Below, piece by piece: positions 24,530-34,600 of a DNA stretch of 47,562 nt. The notes beneath the pieces were generated by a model. The model saw only the letters and a program-made list of their open reading frames with translations, did no database searches and was not told where the DNA came from. Source of the DNA: Mobula hypostoma. Its lineage: Eukaryota. A program made the position numbers and the translations under genes. The first letter of the stretch is position 1. Every line of letters begins with the position of its first letter. The stretch is taken from positions 186,001 through 233,562 of the forward strand of contig NW_026948142.1 in NCBI RefSeq assembly GCF_963921235.1, written 5' to 3'.

Positions 24530-25690
24530 TTTGTCTTCCCACATGCAACACCTCGTACTTAACAGAGTTAAACTCCATTTGTCATTCCTCAGTCCACTTA
24601 CCCCCCTTTGTAACCTGATAAACATTTTCACTGTTTACAACACCGCTTATTTCAGTGTCATCTGCAAACTTACTAACCATTCCTTGAACATTCTCATCCA
24701 AATTGTTGACAAACAAAAATGGGTTCAGCACCTATCATGTAAGGAGAGGAGAAGATGGCGGCGCGACGCAGCTCGCAGCGGCCATTCCAGTGGTGATGTC
24801 TGTTATTTGTCAGGTAGGGTGCCGTGCACAATCCTACTTTGATGGAGACGGACGTGAGAGCACGGAGGAACATCTGGTGAAACTTCTGAAATGCCTGCTT
24901 CGCTGCTACTGCTGCTGTGTGAAGAGGAAGGCCCCGAGTCCTTGGCTTTGCTTGTTGCTCGGTGGCCGGGGCGGGGTTGAAGCACTCGGCAGAGGATGGT
25001 GCTCGGTGTCGAAGGGCTGGTCGGAGGCTCAAAGTTTTCGGACGGACTCAGAGTCTGCTGCGGTCAGGTGCTTCCAATGGTGCTGCATCGGCAAGTTTGC
25101 GGCGCTTGGAGGTTCATGGCAGGGAGAGTTTCTCCCTTCTACCGTCTGCATGAGATGATGAGGGTATCGGGACTTTGAGACTTTTTTTTACCGTGCCCAT
25201 AGTCTGCTCTTTATCAAATTACGGTATTGCTTTGCACTGTTGTAACTATATGTTATAGTTATGTGGTTTTGTCAGTTTTATTCTTGGTTTGTCCTGTGTT
25301 TCTTGTGATATCACTCTGGAGGAACGTTGTATCATTTTTTAATGCATGCATTTCTAAATGACAATAAACGAGGACTGAGTGTCCTCATAATCTAATCTAA
25401 TCTAATCCCTGAAGCATACCATTTGCCATGGGCTTGCAGTCTGAAAAACAACCTCCCACTATTACCCTCTGTTTCCTACCATCAAGCCAATTTTGTACCC
25501 AAGTGGCCAGCTCTTCCTGATCCAATGCGTTCTTACCTTCCAGAGCAGCCTACCATGTGGAACCTTATCAAGACTTTGTATACCAACCTCCTCTCATCAA
25601 CCTTCTTATCTATCTCTTCAAAAAATTCATGACTCATGGTCTCCACATACAAACTTGTACTGACAATCTGTAATGAACCATCTTTCTAAA
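24530..25690 (-). mobile_element. Continuation of the old CR1 (RT core), interrupted by the 24741-25407 element
   Basis: gttaaactccatttg (MEFN), gtgtcatctgcaaact (KFADDT), accatgtggaaccttatcaa (DKVPHG), tcttcaaaaaattc (EFFEE). Confidence 0.8.
24741..25407 (+). mobile_element. Non-autonomous retroelement with GC-rich 5' end and LINE-type (probably Rex1/L2-group) 3' tail
   Basis: Starts with AAGATGGCGGC (YY1-type motif), CpG-rich; ends gacaataaac-GAGGAC-tgagt-GTCCTC stem-loop and (TAATC)n tail; splits a CR1. Confidence 0.7.
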
Positions 25691-25694
25691 TCAG

Positions 25695-25830
25695 ATAGAA
25701 CTTCAACACCGACGTGGAGAGATAGTTCCTGAAGGATGGGGCTGTGACGCCAACGGCAAAAACACCACAGATCCAGCAAGTATCCTGCATGGAGGGTGTC
25801 TGTTGCCTCTGGGAGGAAGTGAAGCTACAA
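25695..25830 (+). CDS. Internal exon B of Ldh_2-family oxidoreductase: IELQHRRGEIVPEGWGCDANGKNTTDPASILHGGCLLPLGGSEAT(S)
   Basis: tctttctaaatcAG acceptor, A|GTAAGA donor, 136 bp, phase 0/1; family motifs PEGW..D..G..TTDP and LLPLGG; not in the ORF track. Confidence 0.93.
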
Positions 25831-26099
25831 GTAAGAATGACATTTATGAACACCTCTGTACCAGGTTATTGTGAATTAGGAAACTTCGTTAGCAACTGTA
25901 TCTCATCGCAACCAGAGAGATTCCAACACACATTTCAATCTGAGTGTGGAATCAAGTTTCCAATTAATGATTTCAGGTGATTAAAATCTCCATTTGTCAA
26001 AGACTACTCTCCCCACTTTCAACAGCATTAACAATTTTTATATCATTTCTGTTACCTTCAACTCAATAGTTGGTGTTTCAGCTCTGTCCCCTGCTGTAC

Positions 26100-26560
26100 A
26101 TTAGTGCAGGTTTCCAAACAACACAACACCATCACCCTCTACCTCCTACTAACAACCCAATTTTGTATTTGGTTTGCCACATTGTCTTACATCCCAAGGT
26201 CTGTAACTTTTTGGATCAGTCCTCCACATGTGTTTGACCTTGTTAATGGTTTCACTGAAATCCATGTCAACTTTGTCAATCCCACTCCTCATTAATTCTT
26301 TTTGTTCCCTCTTTAAGATGTTCAGCCAAATTAATCAAACCAGATCTCCCACAAATCAACGTTCCTACTGCTGAAGTTAGACTCACAGGCCTGTTGCCTT
26401 TCTTGAACAGAGGTACCACATTCTCCAGTCATCTAGCACCTTGGCTGCAGGCATCAAAAACATTAAAAATCTCTGTCAGGGGCCCAGCATTTCCTCTCTT
26501 GCCTCCCGGCCTTGGTTACATCTCCACATCCTGGGAAATTTATCCACCTTGAAACCTGAC
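26100..26560 (-). mobile_element. Highly decayed CR1 remnants
   Basis: Scattered matches to CR1 RT antisense (ctgaagttagactcacaggcctg, ttttcttgaacagaggtaccacatt, tttatccacctt). Confidence 0.55.
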
Positions 26561-26824
26561 ATCAAATATCTCATTTTAAACGTAATACCCCCACCGCCAA
26601 CCAAATCTCCCAGACACAATGACCTGCCCTCGAATTCATGTCCTCACTAAACAAGTGACACCGGAAGTGATCCAGAGATTACTGAGATCTCACTATCATG
26701 GAACGTCAGAAGTGCTCGCCTGATGACAGAGATCCTACTCTTTAACCTGCTTCTCAGCTCAACTTTTATATTGCAGAACCTCTTTGATCTTGTGCCTGGA
26801 CTGTGCACCCATGGGTAGTTGTGG

Positions 26825-27010
26825 AGGCAGCTGTGATAGAGGCCTTCAAGAGGCTCAGGAATGTGAGGAAAATGGAAGGATATGGATATTGTGTATGCAG
26901 AAGTAATTAGTTGAGTTAGCATTTGATTACTAATTTAATTAGTTTAGCACAACACTGTGGGTTGAAAGGCCTATTCCTGTACTGTACTGTTCTGATTTGT
27001 TATTATCTAT
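26825..27010 (+). mobile_element. Old CR1 3' UTR fragment
   Basis: gtttagcacaacactgtgggttgaaaggcctattcctgtactgtactgttct resembles the 3' end of the 13.3-kb copy. Confidence 0.65.
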
Positions 27011-27149
27011 GTCAATAGCACCAAGGATTTTGTGCACTTTACCTGACCCCTTTAGAATCCCCTGAAATCACTCTGGCACCAGGGAGACCAAACATCTGGA
27101 TTCATATTGACAGCCATAAAAACCAGTTTGTACCCCTCCACATTAGTTG

Positions 27150-27270
27150 CATTATCCTCACTGTCAGGTCCGTGTCCCTCACTGTTGGTTCCGGGTCGCT
27201 TACTGTCGGCTCCATTATCCTCACCGTCAGGTCGATGTTCCTCACTGTCAGGTCCAGTCCATCACTGTCT
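27150..27270. repeat. ~21-bp tandem repeat (cctcactgtcaggtc...)
   Basis: 5-6 degenerate units; minus translation DLTVRNI/DLTVRIM/EPTVSDP. Confidence 0.7.
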
Positions 27271-27299
27271 GTTCCGTACCCTTCGCCATCTCCCCCCAC

Positions 27300-28025
27300 A
27301 ATCAGTGACCAGGTCTCTAGAGGGACCCCGAGGTACATTCACCCCTTATAATCCCTGACATTGGCTCTGCATGTACCCCACGGTATATGCACTCCACTGT
27401 CGGTAACAATGGCTCGAGAAGAAAATCTTAGGAACACTCAGCACTCACTGTCAGTGACCAGAGTTCTGGGGTGCCCCCGAGGCACATTCGCCTCCACTGA
27501 CAATGACCAGAATTTGAGAGGAACCCCCAGGGTACATTCTCCCCCACTGTCGGAGACCATGCCTCTGGAGAGACCCCACGGTACATTCATCCCCCCAGTC
27601 AGTGACCATGGCTCCAGAGGAGCCCTCGAGATAGTCCCTGACCATGGCTCTGCAGGTACCCCACCTTACTCCCATTGTCAGTAGCAATGGCTCTAGACGG
27701 ACCCCATTCTCACCCACTGTCAGTGACCATGGATCTGGGGAGACCCCGAGGTACATTCTCCTCCACTGTCATAGTCACAGGCTCTGGAGGGACCCTGAGG
27801 TACACTCACCCCTCGCTGTCAGTGACTGTGGGTCTGGAGGGACCCCGAGGTACACTCGCCCCTTGCCGTCAGTGACCGTGGGTCAGGAGGGACTCCTCAG
27901 GTATATTCACCCCCACAGTCAGTGATGATAGCTCTAGATGGTCGCTGGTCGTCCCACGAAACATTCTCCACCACAGTCAGTGACCCTGGGTCTAGAGGGA
28001 CCCCTGAAGTACATTCTCCTCCCTA
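27300..28025. repeat. ~49-50-bp tandem repeat (~14 copies)
   Basis: Unit ~cagtgaccatggctctggagggaccccgaggtacattcacccccactgt. Confidence 0.85.
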
Positions 28026-28125
28026 GGTGTCAGACCAGACAGACCAGTGCTTCGGTGTCAGACCAGATACTCATGATCCAAGTGTGTCCAGGCGCTGCAT
28101 TAGATAACCATGTGCCATGTTCCAG

Positions 28126-28244
28126 GTGGGTACAAGGGCTATGGACTCAGTCTGATGGTGGAGGTGTTCTGTGGAATTCTAGCGGGAGCTCATTACAGTA
28201 ACAACATCCGCCACTGGAAGGAGATGGACGCGGTGGCGGACTTG
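28126..28244 (+). CDS. Internal exon C of Ldh_2-family oxidoreductase: (S)GYKGYGLSLMVEVFCGILAGAHYSNNIRHWKEMDAVADL
   Basis: gttccAG acceptor, TTG|GTAAGT donor, 119 bp, phase 1/0 matching exon B; family motif GYKGYGL..MVE.FCGIL.G. Confidence 0.95.
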
Positions 28245-28255
28245 GTAAGTTCACT

Positions 28256-28466
28256 CAGACACGAGGAAATCTGCAGATGCTGGAAACTCAAGCAACACAC
28301 ATAAAAGTTGCTGGTGAATGCAGCAGGCCAGGCAGCATCTCTAGGAAGAGGTACAGTCGACGTTTCGGGCCGAGACCCTTCGTCAGGACTAACTGAAGGA
28401 AGAGGCCTCTTCCTATAGATGCTGCCTAGCCTGCTGCGTTCACCAGCATTTTGTGTGTGTTGCTTT
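28256..28466. mobile_element. Palindromic Penelope-type non-autonomous element with 11-bp TSD
   Basis: Inverted arms ~28290-28351 and ~28406-28465; TSD GTAAGTTCACT at 28245-28255 and 28467-28477. Confidence 0.88.
28355..28390 (-). ncRNA. Minimal type I hammerhead ribozyme motif (Penelope-like element type)
   Basis: Minus strand AGUC-CUGACGA-A-GGG-ucucgg-CCC-GAAA-C-GUC|GACU: intact core, stem I AGUC/GACU, stem II GGG/CCC, palindromic ACGU in place of stem III. Confidence 0.8.
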
Positions 28467-28659
28467 GTAAGTTCACTGTCTGTTGCTATGAGTGCATTCG
28501 CACCCATCGGTGCTTTCTCTTCACCATGAGCGTACTCACTGATTGTACACCGTTCCTCTATGATACCATTTGTCATATCTGACTTTCTCAAATGATCCCG
28601 CTCTGCATCACCATAGAGCGTAGCACTCTAACTTTCACCCTCTTCGCTATCATTGCTCC

Positions 28660-31600
28660 CTGTAGAAACACATATACCCCGTCTCCCCTGCACCATCTGC
28701 ACCCCATCTCCCTCTTCCCTGCACTGTCTGTACCCCATCTCCCTCTGCACCATCTGTACCCCTCACCCTCTGTACCCCCCTCCCCTGCACCATCTGCACC
28801 CCATCTCCTTTACTTCCTCTTCCTCGCCCTCCCCACCCTCTTTCCCTCTGCAACATCTGTACTCCCTTGCCCTCGGCACTCTCTAACCCCTCTCCCCCAT
28901 GAACCCTCTGTACCCCCTCTCCCCATTCACCCTCTGTACTTCCTCTCCCCATTCATCCACTGTACCCCCTCTCTCCATTCACCCTATCCCCATTCACACT
29001 GTGTACCCCCATCTCCCATTCACCCTCTGTACCCCCTCTCCCCATTCACCCTCTGTACTTCCTCTCCCCCATTCATCCACTGTACCCCCTCTCTCCATTC
29101 ACCCTATCCCCATTCACACTCTGTACCCCCTCTCTCCCATTCACCCTCTGTACCCCTCTCCCCATTCACCCTCTGTACCCCCTCTCCCCATTCACCCTCT
29201 GTACCCCCTCTCCCACATTCACCCTCTGTACCCCCTCTCTTCCATTCACCCTCTGTAACCCCTCTCCCCCATGAACCCTCTGTACCCCCTCTCCCCATTC
29301 ACCCTCTGTACTTCCTCTCCCCATTCATCCACTGTACCCCCTCTCTCCATTCACCCTATCCCCATTCACACTCTGTACCCCCTCTCTCCCATTCACCCTC
29401 TGTACCCCTCTCCCCATTCACCCTCTGTACCCCCTCTCCCACATTCACCCTCTGTACCCCCTCTGCCCCATTCACCCTCTGTACCCCCTCTCTTCCATTC
29501 ACCCTCTGTAACCCCTCTCCTCCATTCACCCTCTGTACCCCCTCTCCCCATTCACACTCTGTACCCTCTCCCCCACTCACCCTCTGTCTCCTCTCCCCCA
29601 CTCACCCTCTATAGCCCCTCTCCCCATTCACCCTCTGAAGCCCCTCTCCCCATTCACCCTCTGAAGCCCCTCTCCCCATTCACCCTCTGTACCCCCTCAC
29701 CCCATTCACACTCTGTACCCCCTCTCCCCATTCACCCTCTGTACCCCCTCTGCCCCATTCACCTTCTGTACCCTGTCTCCCCATTCACACTCTGTACTTC
29801 CTTTCCCCCATTCACACTCTGTACCCCCTCTCTCCCATTCACCCTCTGTACCCCATCTCCCCCATTCACACACTGTACCCTCTCCCCCATTCACCCTGTC
29901 CCCTCTCCCCCACTCACCCTCTGTCCCCTCTCCCCCACTCACCCTCTATAGCCCCTCTCCCCTTTCACCCTCTGTAGCCCCTCTCCCCCATTCACCCTCT
30001 GTACCCTCTCTCCCATTCACCCTCTGTACCCTCTCTCCCATTCACCCTCTGTACCTCCTCTCCCCATTCACCCTCTGTACCCCCTCTCCCCATTCAACCT
30101 CTGTAGCCCCTCTCCCCATTCACACTCTGTACTTCCTCTCCCCCATTCACACTCTGTACCCCCTCTCCCCATTCACCCTAACCCCATTCACACTCTGTAC
30201 CCCCTCTCCCCATTCACCCTCTGTACCCCCTCTCCCCATTCACACTCTGTACTTCCTCTCCCCCATTCACACTCTGTACCCCCTCTCCCCATTCACCCTA
30301 ACCCCATTCACACTCTGTACCCCCTCTCCCCATTCACCCTCTGTACCCCCTCTCCCCATTCACCCTCTGTACCCCATCTCCCCCCATTCACCCTCTGTCC
30401 CCTCTCCGGCACTCACCCTCTGTCCCCTCTCCGGCACTCACCCTCTGTCCCCTCTCCCCCACTCACCCTCTGTCCCCTCTCCCCCACTCACCCTCTGTCC
30501 CCTCTCCCCCACTCACCCTCTATAGCCCCTCTCCCCACTCACCCTCTGTAGCCCCTCTCCCCCACTCACCCTCTGCAGCCCCTCTCCCCCACTCACCCTC
30601 TGCAGTCCCTCTCCCGCATTCACCCTCTGTAGCCCCTCTCCCGCATTCACCCTCTGTACCCTCTCCCCCATTCACACTCTGTACCCCCTCTCCCCCATTC
30701 ACCCTCTGTACCCTCTCCCCCATTCACACTCTGTACCCCTGCTCCCCATTCACCTTCTGTACCCCCTCTCCCCATTCACCCTCTGTACCCCCTCTCCCCC
30801 CAGTCACCCTCTGTACCCCCTCTCCCCCATTCATCCTCTGTACCCCATCTCCCCCATTCACACACTGTACCCTCTCCCCAATCACCCTCTGTCCCCTCTT
30901 CCCCACTCACCCTCTGTACCCTCTCTCCCCCATTCACCCTCTATACCCCCTCTCCCCCATTCACACTCTGAACCCTCTCCCCATTCACACTCTGTCCCCT
31001 CTCCCCCACTCACACTCTGTCCCCTCTCCCCCACTCACCCTCTGTCCCCTCTCCCCCACTCACCCTCTATAGCCCCTCTCCCCACTCACCCTCTGTAGCC
31101 CCTCTCCCCCACTCACCCTCTGCAGCCCCTCTCCCCCACTCACCCTCTGCAGTCCCTCTCCCGCATTCACCCTCTGTAGCCCCTCTCCCGCATTCACCCT
31201 CTGTACCCTCTCCCCCATTCACACTCTGTACCCCCTCTCCCCCATTCACCCTCTGTACCCTCTCCCCCATTCACACTCTGTACCCCTGCTCCCCATTCCT
31301 CCCCCCAGTCACCCTCTGTACCCCCTCTCCCCCATCTCCCCCATTCACACACTGTACCCTCTCCCCAATCACCCTCTGTCCCCTCTTCCCCACTGTACCC
31401 TCTCTCCCCCAACCCTCTATACCCCCTCTCCCCCATTCACACTCTGAACCCTCTCCCCATTCACACTCTGTCCCCTCTCCCCCACTCACACTCTGTCCCC
31501 TCTCCCCCACTCACCCTCTGTCCCCTCTCCCCCACTCACCCTCTATAGCCCCTTTCCCCATTCACCCTCTGTAGCCCCTCTCCCCATTCACCCTCTGTAC

Positions 31601-34600
31601 CCTCTCCCCATTCACACTCTGTACCCTCTCCCCATTCACACTCTGTACCCCCCTCCCCATTCACACTCTGTACCCCCTCTCCCCCACTCACCCTCTGTCC
31701 CCTCTCCCCCACTCACCCTCTGTCCCCTCTCCCCATTCACCCTCTGTCCCCTCTCCCCCATTCATCCTCTGTCCCCTCTCCGGCACTCACCCTCTGTCCC
31801 CTCTCCCCCACTCACCCTCTGTCCCCTCTCCCCCACTCACCCTCTGTCCCCTCTCCCCCACTCACCCTCTGTAGCCCCTCTCCCGCATTCACCCTCTGTA
31901 CCCCCTCTCCCCATTCACCCTCTATACCCCCTCTCTCCCATTCAACCTCTGTACCCCCTCTCCCCATTCACCCTCTGTACCCCACTCCCACATTCACCCT
32001 CTTTAACCTCTCTCCCCATTCACCCTCTGTACCCCCTCTCCGCAGTCACCCTCAGTACCCCCTCTCCGCATTCACCCTCTGTACCCCCTCTCCCCATTCA
32101 CCCTCTGTACCCCCTCCCCATTCACCTTCTGTATCCCCCATTCACCTTCTGTACTCCCCTCCCCATTCACCCTCTGTAACTCCCTCTCCCCATTCACACT
32201 GCACCCCCTCACCCCATTCACCCTCTGTACCCCCTCTCCCCATTCACCCTCTGTAACCCCCTCTCCCCATTCACTCTCTGTACCCCCTCTCCCCATTCAC
32301 CCTCTGTATCCCCCCTCCCCCATTCTCCCTCAGTAACCCCCTCTCCCCCATTCTCCCTCAGTAACCCCCTCTCCCCATTCATCCCTCTGTAACCCCTTCT
32401 CCCCCATTCACCTTCTGTACCCCCTCTCTCCATTCACCTTCTGTACCCCCTCTCTCCATTCACCTTCTGTACCCCCTCTCCCCATTCACCCTCTGTACCC
32501 CCTCTCACCACATTCACCTTTTGTACCCCACTCCCCCATTCACCGTCTGTACCCCCTCCCCATTCACCCTCTGTACCCCCTCCCCATTCACCCTCTGTAC
32601 CCCCTCTGCATACACTTTCTTACCCCCCATTCACCTTCTGTAGCCCCCTCCCTCATTCACCCTCTGTACCCCTCTCCCCGTTCACCCTCTATACCCCTCT
32701 CCCCGTTCACCCTCTGTACCCCCTCTCCCCATTCACCCTCTGTACCCCACTCCCACATTAACCCTCTTTAACCTCTCTCCCCATTCACCCTCTGTACCCC
32801 CTCCGCATACACTTTCTTACCCCCCATTCACCTTGTGTAGCCCCCTCCCCCATTCACCCTCTCTACCTCCTCTCCGCATTCACCCTCTGTACCCCTTCCC
32901 CATTCACCCTCTGTACCCCCTCTCCCCATTCACCCTTTGTACCCCCTCCCCATTCATCTTCTGTACTCCCCTCCCCATTCACTCTCTGTAACTCCCTCTC
33001 CCCATTCACACTGCACCCCCTCTCCCCATTCACCCTCTGTACCCCCTCTCCCCATTCACCTCTGTACCCCCTCTCCCCATTCACCTCTGTACCCCCTCTC
33101 CCCATTCACCTCTGTACCCCCTCTCCCCATTCACCCTCTGTATCCCCCTCTCCCCATTCATCCCTCTGTAACCCCCTCTCGCCCATTCACCTTCTGTACC
33201 CCCTCTCTCCATTCACCCTCTGTCCCCTCTCCCCATTCACCCTCTGTACCCTCTCTCCATTCACCCTCTGTCCCCTCTCCCCATTCACCCTCTGTACCCT
33301 CTCCCCCGTTCACACTCTGTACTTCCTTTCCCCCATTCACACTCTGTACCCCCTCTCTCCCATTCACCCTCTGTACCCCATCTCCCCCATTCACACACTG
33401 TACCCTCTCCCCCACTCACCCTCTGTCCCCTCTCCCCCACTCACCCTCTGTCCCCTCTCCCCCACTCACCCTCTATAGCCCCTCTCCCCATTCACCCTCT
33501 GTAGCCTCTCTCCCCCATTCACCCTCTGTACCCTCTCTCCCATTCACCCTCTGTACCCTCTCTCCCATTCACCCTCTGTAGCCCCTATCCCCATTCACCT
33601 TCTGTACCCCCTCTCCCCATTCACACTCTGTACCCCCTCTCCCCATTCACCCTCTGTACCCCCTCTCCCCCATTCACACTCTGTACTTCCTCTCCCCATT
33701 CACCCTATCCCCATTCACACTCTACCCCCTCTCCCCCCATTCACCCTCTGTACCCCATCTCCCCCCATTCACCCTCTGTCCCCTCTCCGGCACTCACCCT
33801 CTGTCCCCTCTCCGGCACTCACCCTCTGTCCCCTCTCCCCCACTCACCCTCTATAGCCCCTCTCCCCATTCACCCTCTGTAGCCCCTCTCCCCCATTCAC
33901 CCTCTGTAGCCCCTCTCCCCCATTCACCCTCTGTCCCCTCTCCGGCACTCACCCTCTGTCCCCTCTCCCCCACTCACCCTCTGTAGCCGCTCTCCCCCAC
34001 TCACCCTCTGCAGCCCCTCTCCCCCACTCACCCTCTGCAGCCCCTCTCCCGCATTCACCCTCTGTAGCCCCTCTCCCGCATTCACCCTCTGTACCCTCTC
34101 CCCCATTCACACTCTGTACCCCCCCTCTCCCCATTCACACTCTGTACCCCCCCTCTCCCCATTCACCCTCTGTCCCCTCTCCCCATTCACCCTCTGTACC
34201 CTCTCCCCCATTCACACTCTGTACCCCCCCTCTCCCCATTCACACTCTGTACCCCCCCTCTCCCCATTCACCCTCTGTCCCCTCTCCCCATTCACCCTCT
34301 GTCCCCTCTCCCCATTCACCCTCTGTACCCTCTCCCCCACTCACCCTCTGTCCCCTCTCCGGCACTCACCCTCTGTCCCCTCTCCGGCACTCACCCTCTG
34401 TCCCCTCTCCCCCACTCACCCTCTGTAGCCCCTCTCCCCATTCACCCTCTGTAGCCCCTCTCCCCATTCACCCTCTGTAGCCCCTCTCTCCCATTCAACC
34501 TCTGTACCCCCTCTCCCCATTCACCCTCTGTACCCCACTCCCACATTCACCCTCTTTAACTCCTCTCCCTGTTCACCCTCTGTACCTCCTTTCTCCCATT

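Larger units (their letters stand above)
21030..24530. repeat. ~57-bp tandem satellite (~30 copies) derived from a CR1 ORF2 segment; interrupted by a SINE and a Tx1 fragment
   Basis: Repeated ctctgttcaacaacactccccagagccctgccattcactgtgaaactcctacc; minus translation GRCFTVNGRVLG matches CR1 GRSYTAKRRALRSVVEQRDLG. Confidence 0.9.

Noticed and set aside
21030..24530. CRISPR-like regular repeats
   Set aside because: Eukaryotic context, no unique spacers, no cas genes; units are contiguous and CR1-derived
25744..25980. 78-aa ORF in the track
   Set aside because: Wrong frame over exon B; the true frame starts at 25695 and splices out at 25830
26655..26740. CCGGAAGT ETS motif and TGATGA/CTGA words (promoter, snoRNA or hammerhead)
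   Set aside because: Isolated short motifs without proper C/D order and terminal stem, and no stem II/GAAA to complete a hammerhead
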